A stretch of DNA of 32,000 nt from Thermoplasmata archaeon (GTDB lineage Archaea; Thermoplasmatota; Thermoplasmata; RBG-16-68-12): the NCBI GenBank assembly GCA_036555455.1, contig DATBLI010000055.1:2580-34579 (forward strand), read 5' to 3'. How positions within the stretch are numbered: the stretch's first letter is position 1; each line of letters opens with the position of its first letter. A program made the translations under genes and the position numbers. The notes beneath the pieces are model-generated. The model worked only from the letters and a program-made list of their open reading frames with translations. It had not been told where the DNA came from and searched no databases. This document shows positions 16,450-27,867 of the stretch, in pieces.

Positions 16450-17635
16450 GGAGGACGGCCCTCCAGATCCGCTCCGCCGCGAGGCCCTTGGAGCCCTCGA
16501 ATGCCTCCGAGCGCCCCTTGCGGTCGAAGATCGTGATCGAGGTCGCGTCTCCCTTCATCTTCAATACGTCGTTCGCGACCACGAGGTCCAGCTTCGCCTC
16601 CTTCAAGAGGGCGATCGACTTCGACTTGAGTTCGGCGTTGCTCACGCCGGCCTCGGCCTTGAACCCGACGAGAGCCTTCCGGGTGCCTTTCCGGAGCGTG
16701 GAGAGGACTTTCGGCGTCGGCTGGAGTTCGAGCGTGACAGCTCCCTCCCGCGTGGGGATCTTCCCCTTCGCCTTCTTCGGGGAGAAGTCCGCGACCGCGG
16801 CGGGGACGAGCGTGATGTCCGCGTCCGCCGTCTCGGCGAGAGCCGCGAGGTCCGCGGTGGTGGCGAAGCGCTTCCCGGGAATCCAGGGGGGCGCAGGCAC
16901 CTCGTGCCGCCCGAGCCACATCTCCACGTCGGCCCCGTGCTCGAAGGCGGCCTTCGCGAGTTCGACGCCTGTGGCCCCCGAGGATCGGTTCGTCACGAGG
17001 CGGACGTCATCGATGGGTTCCGTCGTGGCGCCGAGGACCACGAGGACCTTCGTCCCCGCGAGGTCTTTCGGCCCAAGGCGGCGAATCACTCGCGCGACGA
17101 TCGCGTCGATGTCCGCCATCTTCGCCTTGTCCTCCTCCCGCTTCGGCTCGACGACCTCCACACCGAGGTCCAAGAGCCGCTTCAGGTTCGCGACAACGGG
17201 CCGGCTGTCCGCCATCGTCTCGTGGGCTGCGGGGGCGAGGATGATTGGGATGCCGGAGCCGAGGGCGTTCGCCGCGTACGTAGTCACGGTCGTATCGTCG
17301 ATTCCATTCGCGATCTTGCTGAGGGTGTTCGACGTGCACGGCGCGATGAGCAGGAGGTCCGCGATGCCATCGCGGCCACACATCTTCAGGTAGTCCATCT
17401 CCCCCGTGAGCTCCGTGACGACGGCGTGGCCCGTGGCGAACTGGAGGGCGTTCGGGTGGACGATTGCTTGCCCGGATTTCGACAGGACCGCATGGACGTC
17501 GGCTCCATGACGGATGAGGTCGTGGGCGAGCTTGATCGATTCCACGGCGGCGATGCTCCCCGTTACCCCGAGGACGATCGTCTTTCCCTGGAGCTTCAGG
17601 CTCTTGCGGCCACGGATTCGCTCCGCCGGGTGCAT
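16433..17635 (-). CDS. coaBC: Bifunctional phosphopantothenoylcysteine decarboxylase/phosphopantothenate-cysteine ligase
   Basis: KTIVLGVTGSIAAVES, LLIAPCTSNTLSKIANGIDD, LVVLGATTEPIDDVRLVTNRSSGATGVELAKAAFEHGADV and AAVADFSPKKAKGKI. Confidence 0.95.
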   Translation of the reverse strand: MHPAERIRGRKSLKLQGKTIVLGVTGSIAAVESIKLAHDLIRHGADVHAVLSKSGQAIVHPNALQFATGHAVVTELTGEMDYLKMCGRDGIADLLLIAPCTSNTLSKIANGIDDTTVTTYAANALGSGIPIILAPAAHETMADSRPVVANLKRLLDLGVEVVEPKREEDKAKMADIDAIVARVIRRLGPKDLAGTKVLVVLGATTEPIDDVRLVTNRSSGATGVELAKAAFEHGADVEMWLGRHEVPAPPWIPGKRFATTADLAALAETADADITLVPAAVADFSPKKAKGKIPTREGAVTLELQPTPKVLSTLRKGTRKALVGFKAEAGVSNAELKSKSIALLKEAKLDLVVANDVLKMKGDATSITIFDRKGRSEAFEGSKGLAAERIWRAVLHGVSG

Positions 17636-17660
17636 CGAGTCCGCCGATTCGTCCCGCTCG

Positions 17661-17669
17661 ATATATAGA
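17661..17669 (-). promoter_or_regulatory. TATA box for coaBC (apparently leaderless)
   Basis: Minus strand TCTATATAT, 26-34 nt upstream of the coaBC ATG (17635). Confidence 0.6.
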
Positions 17670-17866
17670 TATGGTGCTGGGTCTCGCGGGGACCTTTAAG
17701 GGGCTCCGAGACCCGGCGGCGCACTTCACGTCCTCATGACCGGCGAGATGTTCGCCTGCCGCGTCTTCGCGCCGCGAATTGCCTCGATCCATCCTTCGGC
17801 GGTGGCAGGATCGACCGCGGGCTGCCAACCTTTAACCGAACGCCCTCGTTCCCTTCCGGCGCATCC

Positions 17867-19153
17867 ATGGACTACGAGGGGACCCTCGATCAACTGTACC
17901 GCCTCGAGCGGATTGGGATCAAGCTTGGGCTCGATAACATCCGGAAGCTCCTGGCCCTCCTCGGGGACCCCCAGCGGGAGCTGAGGGCCGTCCACGTTAC
18001 GGGGACGAACGGGAAAGGGTCCGTCTGCGCCTACACAGCCTCCGTCCTGCGGAAGGCGGGGTACCGCGTGGGCCTGTACACGTCGCCCCATCTCGTCCGC
18101 TTCAACGAACGGATTCGGGTGGACGGGGCGCCCATCCCGGACGACGCCGTCCTCCGACTGTGGTCCGGAATGCAGCCTGCGATCGCGGCGATGGTCGCGG
18201 ACCGCTCCATCTACCGGCCGACCTTCTTTGAGGTGACCACGGCGATGGCCTTCGAGTACTTCGCGGAGCGCACGGTCGACGTTGCGGTCGTCGAGGTGGG
18301 CATGGGCGGCCGCATGGACGCGACGAACATCATCGACGGGCGCGTTTCCGTCGTCACGCGTGTGGGCCTCGAGCACACGGAGCACCTTGGGCGGACCGTG
18401 GATCGGATCGCCCGGGAGAAATCCGGGATCATCAAGGCCATCTCGCGGGCGGTGACCGTGGAACAGGAGGCCCTCCCTGTGATCGAGGAGCGATGCCGCG
18501 ATGTCCACGCGCCCCTGACGGTCGTCGGCCGCGACATCCATGTCGAGCGGCGATCCGGCGATCTCGGAGGTCAGCATGTCCGCGTGGAAAGCGAAGCCGG
18601 GCGGCTCGACGTGCACACGCCTCTTCTGGGCTCCTTCCAGGTCGAGAACGTCGGCCTGGCGGTGGCGGCCTGCTGGGAACTGCGGAAGGCGGGAATCGCG
18701 GTGCCGGACGGGGCCATCGTGGACGGCATCAGCGAGACTCGGTGGCCGGCGCGATTCCAGGTCCTGCGACAGCACCCTGTCGTCCTCGTCGACGGGGCCC
18801 ACAACGGCCCCGCGGCGGAGGCTGTGTGGTCTGCCTACCGAGAGGTCTTCGCGGACCGCAAGTGCCTCCTGGTGACAGGGATTCTCAGCGACAAGGACCT
18901 ACGGCGGATGGCCTCCGCCCTCGGCCCCCTCGCCGCTCGTGTCTTCGCCTGTCGACCGAAGAGCCACCGGGCCTACACGCCCGAGGAAGTCGCCTCCGCG
19001 TTCCGAGTCCACGCCCCGGTCGCCATCGCCCCCTCCGTGGCCTCCGCCGTGGACGCGGCCCTCGCAGCCGCTACCGCGGACGACGTCATCCTCATCACCG
19101 GATCCATCTACACTGCGGGGGAGGCCCTTGAGCACCTCGGCGCGCACCCGTAA
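17867..19153 (+). CDS. folC: Folylpolyglutamate/dihydrofolate synthase (Mur-ligase family)
   Basis: HVTGTNGKGSVCAYTASVLRKAGYRVGLYTSPHLVRFNERI, VGMGGRMDATNII, GLEHTEHLG and VLVDGAHNGPAA. Confidence 0.93.
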   Translation: MDYEGTLDQLYRLERIGIKLGLDNIRKLLALLGDPQRELRAVHVTGTNGKGSVCAYTASVLRKAGYRVGLYTSPHLVRFNERIRVDGAPIPDDAVLRLWSGMQPAIAAMVADRSIYRPTFFEVTTAMAFEYFAERTVDVAVVEVGMGGRMDATNIIDGRVSVVTRVGLEHTEHLGRTVDRIAREKSGIIKAISRAVTVEQEALPVIEERCRDVHAPLTVVGRDIHVERRSGDLGGQHVRVESEAGRLDVHTPLLGSFQVENVGLAVAACWELRKAGIAVPDGAIVDGISETRWPARFQVLRQHPVVLVDGAHNGPAAEAVWSAYREVFADRKCLLVTGILSDKDLRRMASALGPLAARVFACRPKSHRAYTPEEVASAFRVHAPVAIAPSVASAVDAALAAATADDVILITGSIYTAGEALEHLGAHP

Positions 19154-19169
19154 GCGCATCGAGTCCATC

Positions 19170-19853
19170 ATGCGGGACTTGTCGAAGCGGTACCTCCCGG
19201 AGGGGGACCTCCGCGGAGGCGAGACCGCCCTCGCGAAGATCACGGCGGAGACGGAAGACCCGTTCCAGGTCCTCATCTCCACGATCCTCTCCCAGCGCAC
19301 GCGGGACGAGATGACAGAGAAGGCCTCGCACCAGCTCTTTGCGGCGCACGACACGGCCCAGGCGATCGCAGCAGCCCCCGTGGCCGAGCTGGAGCGGCTC
19401 ATCCGGCCCGTGGGCTTCTACCGCCAGAAGGCCCTCCAGATACGGAGGGTGAGCCAGGTCCTCCTCGACCGCTACCGGGGTGAGGTGCCGAGGTCCTATG
19501 ATCGGCTCCTCGAACTCCCCCAGGTGGGCCCCAAGACCGCGAACTGCGTCCTCGTCTACGGCTTCGGGGACCCGCGGATTCCCGTGGACACCCATGTGCA
19601 CCGCGTGTCCAACCGCCTCGGCCTCGTGACCGCGAAGACGCCGGAGGCGACGGAACGGGCCCTCATGCGCACCGTGCCGAAGGAGTGGTGGCTCCACGTG
19701 AACGAGCTCTTCATCCGCTTTGGCAAGGACCTCTGCAAGCCCATTGGACCGCGGTGCGACCGCTGTTCCTTCACCCCGTTCTGCCGCCACTACCGAACGG
19801 TCGTCGTGGAACAGGCTCGGGCGCGGGCCCGGCCACGAACCCATGGGCGATGA
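19170..19853 (+). CDS. nth: Endonuclease III (4Fe-4S DNA glycosylase/AP lyase)
   Basis: DPFQVLISTILSQRTRDE, helix-hairpin-helix LPQVGPKTANCVLVYGF, VDTHVHRVSNRLGL and cluster CKPIGPRCDRCSFTPFC. Confidence 0.95.
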   Translation: MRDLSKRYLPEGDLRGGETALAKITAETEDPFQVLISTILSQRTRDEMTEKASHQLFAAHDTAQAIAAAPVAELERLIRPVGFYRQKALQIRRVSQVLLDRYRGEVPRSYDRLLELPQVGPKTANCVLVYGFGDPRIPVDTHVHRVSNRLGLVTAKTPEATERALMRTVPKEWWLHVNELFIRFGKDLCKPIGPRCDRCSFTPFCRHYRTVVVEQARARARPRTHGR

Positions 19854-20959
19854 GCTATCTTGATATCGCTCCCCGGCTCTGGGGGCGGGAGATGCGGATC
19901 GACCTCATCGAGTATGTGCCGGCATCGATCCCCCGCAAGGAACGCTTCACAATCGCCCGCGGGTCCTCCGACGTCGCGGAGAACCTCTTCGTGAGCATTC
20001 ACTCCGGTGGACTCGCCGGCACGGGGTGCGGGGCACCGAGCGAGGTGACGAAGGAGACCCTCACGACGATGCAGAGTGCGGTGAAGACCCTCGCGGCGGG
20101 CCTCGAGGGCTACGACTTCCGCAACCCGCGGGAGGCAACGGACCGGATGGACACCGTCCTCCCGGGGAATCCCGCAGCGAAAGCCGCGATTGACATCGCG
20201 ATGCACGATCTCGCAGCCCAGGTTGCGGGTCAGCCTCTGTACGCGTACCTCGGAGGGACGCGGGACCGCATGGCCACAGACATGACGATTGGGATCATGG
20301 GCATCGCGGATGCGGTGGAACGCGCCCATCGATGGACGGGCCAGGGCTTCCGATCCCTTAAGATCAAGGTGGGGACGGATCCCCGCGCGGACCTCGAACG
20401 TCTGCGGGCGATTCGCGGGGCCGTCGGTCCGGGGGTCGAGCTGCGCGTGGATGGGAACCAGGGCTACACGTGGACCCAGGCCCTTCACTTCGCCCGCGCC
20501 GCTCGAGACCTGAACGTGGCCTTGTTCGAGCAACCCGTTTCCGCGACGGACTACGAGGGCATGCGCACCCTACGGGAATCCTCCCCGATTCCCATCATGG
20601 CGGACGAGATGGTTCTCACGCCGGATGACGTGAAAAAGCTCCGCTGGAGCAACGCGGCCCACGCAGTGAACCTGAAGCTCATGAAGCACGGAGGGATCGC
20701 CCGGGCCATCGATGTGAACACGATATGCGAGACCGCGGGCTATCCGACGATGGTGGGCTGCATGGGCGAGCCGCAGCTCTCCATCGCCGCGGGACTCCAT
20801 TTCGCCTTGGCCCAGAAGAACGTTCGGTGGCTGGACCTCGACAGCCACTTCAATCTCGCGAGGGACCCGACGTCCGGCTTGGTGTTCGAACACGGCGAGC
20901 TCGTCGCGCCGAAGAAACCCGGAATCGGGATCGACGTCGACTTCTCCGAGATGGACTAG
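19850..20959 (+). CDS. Enolase-superfamily dipeptide epimerase / mandelate racemase-muconate lactonizing enzyme-like protein
   Basis: [64 protein letters not shown] and [14 protein letters not shown]. Possible alternative start at [11 protein letters not shown] (19892). Confidence 0.88.
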   Translation: MSYLDIAPRLWGREMRIDLIEYVPASIPRKERFTIARGSSDVAENLFVSIHSGGLAGTGCGAPSEVTKETLTTMQSAVKTLAAGLEGYDFRNPREATDRMDTVLPGNPAAKAAIDIAMHDLAAQVAGQPLYAYLGGTRDRMATDMTIGIMGIADAVERAHRWTGQGFRSLKIKVGTDPRADLERLRAIRGAVGPGVELRVDGNQGYTWTQALHFARAARDLNVALFEQPVSATDYEGMRTLRESSPIPIMADEMVLTPDDVKKLRWSNAAHAVNLKLMKHGGIARAIDVNTICETAGYPTMVGCMGEPQLSIAAGLHFALAQKNVRWLDLDSHFNLARDPTSGLVFEHGELVAPKKPGIGIDVDFSEMD

Positions 20960-23472
20960 CCCTCGGACGGGGACTCGTCCGGCGGTGCGCCAGGCGTCTC
21001 CCCGATGGCCTTCGCTTCCTCCTCGCTCGTCACCAGGCGCACGATCGCGGTGACCTTGTCCCCCTCCGCGAGTTTCTGGATGCGGACGCCCTTCGCGGCA
21101 CGGCCGGTCTCGCGGACGTCCTTCACGGGACAGCGGATGATGATGCCGCGTTCCGTGGTCACGAGGAGCTCGTCGTCCGGCTCGACCTCAAGGACCATGA
21201 CGACAGGGCTCTGGGCGACCTTCATGTTCGTCGTGACGACACCTTGGCTCCCGCGGCGCGTCTTCCGGTATTCGCCGACTTTCGTTCGCTTCCCGAACCC
21301 GCTCCGGAGCATTGTGAGGAGTTCCGTTTCCACGCTCCGCGCGAGGGCCATGGAGACCACGGCGTCTCCTGATCGAAGCCGCATGCCGCGGACGCCCGCC
21401 GCGGACCGGCCCATGACCCGCACCTCCTTCAGCGCGAAGCGGTTCGCGTACCCCTTCGCGGAGGCGAGGATCACCTCCTCGTCTCCGTCTGCCAAACGCG
21501 CCTCCACGAGCTCGTCGCCATCCCGGAGGGCGATGGCGCGGATTCCGCGGATGTTCGGCCGCTTGAACGCGTCGAGGCGGGTCTGCTTGATCACGCCGAG
21601 CTTCGTCGCGAAGACGATCGTCCTAAGTGGATCGAACTCCCGCACCGGGATCATGTCCTGGATCTTCTCGCCGGGGTCGAGGCGCGGCAAGAGGTTCACG
21701 ATGGGCTTCCCTTTCGAATAGCGGCTCCCGACGGGAATCTTGTACGTCTTGAGCCAGTAGCACTGACCCTCGCTCGAGACGAACAGGATGTAGTCGTGGG
21801 TCGAGGCGATGAACAGGTTGACGACGTAGTCCTCCTCCTTCGTCTCCATCCCCGTGACGCCCTTGCCGCCCCGGCGCTGCGTGCGGTACGTCTGGACGGG
21901 GATTCGCTTGATGTAGCCGGTGTTCGTGATCGTGACGACGACATCCTCCTCGGGGATCAGGTCCTCAACCTCCATGTCGTAGGCCTGGACCTCCACGGTC
22001 GTCCGGCGCCCGTCGCCGAACTTCTCCTTCATCCCCCGCAGCTCGTCCTTGATGATTCCCAGGATTCGCTCCTGGGAAGCGAGGATCGCTTCCAGCTCGT
22101 CGATCCGGTTCGCCAGGTCTCGTTGCTCCTCCCGCAGCTTCTCGATTTCCAATCCCGTGAGCTGCCGCAATGTCATCGAAAGGATCGCGTTCGCCTGGGC
22201 CTCGCTCAGCAGGTAGCGGCTCATGAGCCCGCTCCGGGCCTCCTCGACCGTCTGGGAGTGACGGATGAGCCGGATCACCTCATCGAGGTGGTCCACCGCG
22301 GTGATCAGGCCCTCGACGATGTGCATGCGCTCCCGGGCCTTCCTCAGGTCGAACTCCGTCCGCCTCCGGACGACCTGGATGCGGTGATCGATGTAGCACT
22401 GCAGTTCCTCCTTGAGGGAGAGATACCGCGGTTTGCCGTCCACAATGGCGAGGTTGATCACCCCGAAGGTTTGCTCCATCTGTGTATGGTGGTAGAGCTG
22501 GTTCAGGACGACGTCCTCAACCGCGTCGCGCTTGAGCTCGAGGACGATCCGCATGCCCTCCCGGTCGCTCTCGTCCCGCAGGTCCGTGACACCGTCGATT
22601 TTCTTTGACTTCACGAGGAGCGCGATGGACTCCACAAGGGCCGCCTTGTTGACCATGTAGGGGATTTCCGTGATCACGATGCGCGCTTTGTCGTGCCCCG
22701 CCTCTTCGAAGTGCGCCCTCGCTCGGATGCGGAGGAGTCCCCGACCCGTCGTGTAGGCCTCCACGAGCCCATCGACGCCGTAGAGGATTCCGCCGGTGGG
22801 GAAGTCCGGTCCCCGGACCGGCCCGGTCTCCGGGTTGTAGAGATCCCTCAGCTCCGCGTTCGGGCGGTCGATGAGGATCGTCAGGGCGTCCACGACCTCG
22901 CTCAGGTTGTGGGGCGGGATGTTCGTCGCCATGCCGACCGCGATCCCGCTCGAGCCGTTCACGAGGAGGTTCGGGAACATCCCTGGGAGCACGGTGGGCT
23001 CCTTGAGGGTGCCGTCGAAGTTGTCCATCCAGTCGACGGTCTCCTTCTCGATGTCCTGAAGCATGGCCTCCGCGGTCTTCGCGAGGCGGCATTCCGTGTA
23101 CCGCATCGCCGCGGGCTCGTCCTCCGTGCTCCCCCAGTTCCCCTGGCCGTCAACGAGGGGGTAGCGAAGGGAGAAGTCCTGGACCATCCGCGCGAGGGCA
23201 TCGTAGACCGCGATGTCCCCGTGGGGATGGAATTTCCCCAGGATCTCTCCGACGACTCGGGCGGACTTCTTGGGCTGGGATCCCGAACTCATCCCGAGTT
23301 CGTTCATCCCATGGAGGATTCGACGCTGGACCGGCTTCAGTCCGTCCCGCACGTCCGGGAGGGCCCGGCCGACGATCACGGACATCGCGTAATCGATGTA
23401 CGAGCGGGACATCTCGTCCTCGATGGTCTGGGGGACCACGCGCCGCTGCGGCTCCTGCGCTTCCTCCGGCAT
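20956..23472 (-). CDS. gyrA: DNA gyrase subunit A (bacterial type)
   Basis: [32 protein letters not shown], catalytic region [16 protein letters not shown], GyrA-box QRRGGKG (21859-21879). Confidence 0.97.
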   Translation of the reverse strand: MPEEAQEPQRRVVPQTIEDEMSRSYIDYAMSVIVGRALPDVRDGLKPVQRRILHGMNELGMSSGSQPKKSARVVGEILGKFHPHGDIAVYDALARMVQDFSLRYPLVDGQGNWGSTEDEPAAMRYTECRLAKTAEAMLQDIEKETVDWMDNFDGTLKEPTVLPGMFPNLLVNGSSGIAVGMATNIPPHNLSEVVDALTILIDRPNAELRDLYNPETGPVRGPDFPTGGILYGVDGLVEAYTTGRGLLRIRARAHFEEAGHDKARIVITEIPYMVNKAALVESIALLVKSKKIDGVTDLRDESDREGMRIVLELKRDAVEDVVLNQLYHHTQMEQTFGVINLAIVDGKPRYLSLKEELQCYIDHRIQVVRRRTEFDLRKARERMHIVEGLITAVDHLDEVIRLIRHSQTVEEARSGLMSRYLLSEAQANAILSMTLRQLTGLEIEKLREEQRDLANRIDELEAILASQERILGIIKDELRGMKEKFGDGRRTTVEVQAYDMEVEDLIPEEDVVVTITNTGYIKRIPVQTYRTQRRGGKGVTGMETKEEDYVVNLFIASTHDYILFVSSEGQCYWLKTYKIPVGSRYSKGKPIVNLLPRLDPGEKIQDMIPVREFDPLRTIVFATKLGVIKQTRLDAFKRPNIRGIRAIALRDGDELVEARLADGDEEVILASAKGYANRFALKEVRVMGRSAAGVRGMRLRSGDAVVSMALARSVETELLTMLRSGFGKRTKVGEYRKTRRGSQGVVTTNMKVAQSPVVMVLEVEPDDELLVTTERGIIIRCPVKDVRETGRAAKGVRIQKLAEGDKVTAIVRLVTSEEEAKAIGETPGAPPDESPSEG

Positions 23473-23480
23473 CGTCCCCC

Positions 23481-25400
<1,920 letters not shown>

Positions 25401-25480
25401 CTACTTCGCAACCTTCTCAGACGTGCTCCTAGTGGACCTCTGAACCCCATCCCTCGGGACGTCCGCAGTATGCCTCGGGC

Positions 25481-25489
25481 ATTTATAAA
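25481..25489 (-). promoter_or_regulatory. TATA box upstream of gyrB
   Basis: Minus strand ACGTTTATAAATG, about 80 nt upstream of the gyrB ATG. Confidence 0.6.
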
Positions 25490-25553
25490 CGTTCCCAGGC
25501 AGTTTCTATGGAGAAAAACGAGGTTTTCGAAGGGAGCCATTCGAGGGCCGATT

Positions 25554-25563
25554 ACTTAAATAC
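25554..25563 (-). promoter_or_regulatory. Second TATA-like element upstream of gyrB
   Basis: Minus strand CAGTATTTAAGTAA in an AT-rich island between cysS and gyrB. Confidence 0.35.
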
Positions 25564-25645
25564 TGTAGCACGGCCCGAGGAGCCCGGTTGTTCTCAAATT
25601 AGAGACCACTCTCGAAGGGCCCCTCGACGGGCCATTCCCCGGGCC

Positions 25646-27055
25646 TCACTTTCGCTTCCACCGCACCCCGTCGCGGGTGTCCTCGAGGACGATGCCGAGG
25701 GCCGCGAGGTCCTCGCGGATGCGGTCCGCGGTCGTGAAGTCCTTGCGTTTCCGCGCGTCCTCGCGGAGGGCGATCACGAGGTCCATCACGTCTTCCGCGA
25801 GGCCTGCCTCCACGGACGGTCCGGCGAAGAGGCCGAGGACCTTGCCGAAGGTTTCGAAGGCTTGCACGGCCTCGTCCAACGCGGCTTTTCCCGCGCCCGT
25901 TTCGACGGCCCGGTTCGCCTCGCGTGCGAACTCGAAAACGATTGCGAGGGCTCCCCGCGTGTTGAAGTCGTCGGACATCGCCGCATCGAACGCCTCGAGG
26001 GCCCGTGCGGTCGCGGTCCTCAGGCTCGCATCCGCTCTTCCCGTGGGGTGCGCCCGTCGTCGCTCCGCCTCGAGAGTCCGCACGGTCTCGCGGAGCCGGT
26101 CGTACGACCGTCCGGCCTCGTCCATCGCCTCCGACGTGAAATCGGCCGGAGAGCGATAGTGGGCGTTGAGGAAGAAGAACCGGAGGACTTCGGGCTCCCA
26201 GCGACTCAGGGCGTCCGAGACGGTCCAGAAGTTGCCGAGGGACTTGTGCATCTCCTCCCCCTTCACCATGAGCATGCCGCCGTGGAGCCAATACTTCACG
26301 AACGGCTTCGTCCCCGTGAAGGCCTCCGCCTGCGCGACCTCTGCCTCATGATGCGGAAAGGCGAGCTCGACGCCGCCGCCGTGGATGTCATACTGGGGGC
26401 CGAAGTGATGGATCGTGATCGCGGTGTCCTCGATGTGCCAGCCGGGGCGGCCCTTGCCCCACGGGCTGTCCCAGGTGGGCTCTCCTGGCTTCTGCGCCTT
26501 CCAGAGGGCGAAGTCGGCGGGGTCCCGTTTGTTCTCGTCTACGGCGACGCGGGCCCCCGGTCGCAGCTCCTCGACCTTCTGACCGCTGAGCTTCCCCCAG
26601 TCCGGGAACTTCGTCGTGTCGTAGTACACGCTCCCGTCCTTCGCCACGTAGGCATAGCCGCGGTCGATCAGGCCCTGGATCTGGACGAGGATCTCCGGGA
26701 TGTAGTCCGTCGCGTAGGCGTAGACGTCCACGGAGGTGCACGCGAGCTTCGCCATGACGCCGAGGTACTCGGCGAAATAGCGCTCGACGATGGCCTTCCA
26801 GTCCAGTCCCGTTTCCTGCATCTTGGTGATGATCCGGTCTTCGATGTCCGTGACGTTCTGCAGGTAGAGGACCTGATAGCCCTTGTGCCGCAGGAACCGC
26901 GCGACGACGTCGAAGGTGACGTACGTCTTCGCATGGCCTAGATGGGTCTGGTCCTGCGGGGTGAGGCCGCAGACGAACATCGACACCCGCCGACCGTGGA
27001 GCGGGACGAACTCTTCCTTCATCCGCGAGAGGGTATTGTAGACCCGGATCGGCAT
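25646..27055 (-). CDS. cysS: Cysteinyl-tRNA synthetase
   Basis: MPIRVYNTLSRMKEEFVPLHGRRVSMFVCGLTPQDQTHLGHAKTYVTFDVV, GRPGWHIEDTA, IHGGGVELAFPHHEAEVAQ and EEMHKSLGNFWTV. ATG at 27055; the ORF track extends it artificially to 28096. Confidence 0.94.
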   Translation of the reverse strand: MPIRVYNTLSRMKEEFVPLHGRRVSMFVCGLTPQDQTHLGHAKTYVTFDVVARFLRHKGYQVLYLQNVTDIEDRIITKMQETGLDWKAIVERYFAEYLGVMAKLACTSVDVYAYATDYIPEILVQIQGLIDRGYAYVAKDGSVYYDTTKFPDWGKLSGQKVEELRPGARVAVDENKRDPADFALWKAQKPGEPTWDSPWGKGRPGWHIEDTAITIHHFGPQYDIHGGGVELAFPHHEAEVAQAEAFTGTKPFVKYWLHGGMLMVKGEEMHKSLGNFWTVSDALSRWEPEVLRFFFLNAHYRSPADFTSEAMDEAGRSYDRLRETVRTLEAERRRAHPTGRADASLRTATARALEAFDAAMSDDFNTRGALAIVFEFAREANRAVETGAGKAALDEAVQAFETFGKVLGLFAGPSVEAGLAEDVMDLVIALREDARKRKDFTTADRIREDLAALGIVLEDTRDGVRWKRK

Positions 27056-27137
27056 CGCGCGGCACCCATGAAGGGGACCGCTATTAAGGTTCGCGGGGAG
27101 ACGCGGTGGCGGGGCGCGCTTAAGTGCGGCGAGGGCC

Positions 27138-27812
27138 ATGGGGGCGTCCGTGTCCATCCCGCTCGCGCCTGCGGGGAAGACGTTGGAGGCGGTGCGCATC
27201 GCGACGCGGTCGCGTTTCTTCCTCGCATCCGTGTTCCTCGCCAGCGGCGCGCTCCTCCTCTCACTCGCGAAGCTCCTCCTGGCCGCGCAACCTGTTGGCT
27301 TCCTGTCGGGGCTCATCCTCGCGTCCCTCCTCCTCGTCCTTGGCCTCTCCGAAGGCGCGCTCAGCGGTCGGGCCCTGGGCCATGCCTTTCCCCTGAGTGA
27401 GTTCGCCGCCGCCGCACGGGGGTCCCTCCTCGCCGCCCTCGCCCTGTTCCTTCCCCTCGCCGCCCTCGCGTCCGCGGGGTGGGCGATCCTGGCCCTCCCC
27501 AGCACGCCGATCGTCCTCATCCCCTCCCTACCATTGTTCTGGGCGCCGCCCTCCGGGGTCGCGGCAATCGGCCTCGTGACCGCCGCACGCGAGCTCGCCT
27601 CAGAACGCATGGCCGTCCTCGGCGCGACGGGCTCGGGTTTCGTCCTCTCCGCCGCGGTGTTCTCCGTAGGCTGGTCCCTCGTGGATGCACGCGCGGCCCT
27701 CGAGAGCCCGCTCTTCTCCGCCCAACTCCTCCTCGTGGGTGCGGGCTTCCTTCTCCTGGCAATCAGTTTTTCCCAGGATGCCTGGGTTGCCCGCGGCGGC
27801 CGCCGGCCGTGA
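27138..27812 (+). CDS. Putative multi-pass membrane protein (224 aa)
   Basis: Long hydrophobic segments, e.g. FFLASVFLASGALLLSLAKLLLAAQPVGFLSGLILASLLLVLGLSEG and GSLLAALALFLPLAALASAGWAILAL. Confidence 0.65.
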   Translation: MGASVSIPLAPAGKTLEAVRIATRSRFFLASVFLASGALLLSLAKLLLAAQPVGFLSGLILASLLLVLGLSEGALSGRALGHAFPLSEFAAAARGSLLAALALFLPLAALASAGWAILALPSTPIVLIPSLPLFWAPPSGVAAIGLVTAARELASERMAVLGATGSGFVLSAAVFSVGWSLVDARAALESPLFSAQLLLVGAGFLLLAISFSQDAWVARGGRRP

Positions 27813-27867
27813 GGCTTTGCCACTGCGTCGCACCGTTTGACAAAGGACTTATGTCGTCGAGTCCCCG

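Noticed and set aside
16448-17668. 406-aa plus-strand ORF
   Set aside because: Antisense to coaBC; no family features.
17736-17984. 82-aa plus-strand ORF between coaBC and folC, near a TATA-like tttaag
   Set aside because: Overlaps the start of folC in another frame. folC has its own closer TATA-like element (acctttaac, ~17829-17837), and no coding character was seen.
25508-26941. 477-aa plus-strand ORF
   Set aside because: Antisense to cysS; includes low-complexity antisense translation.
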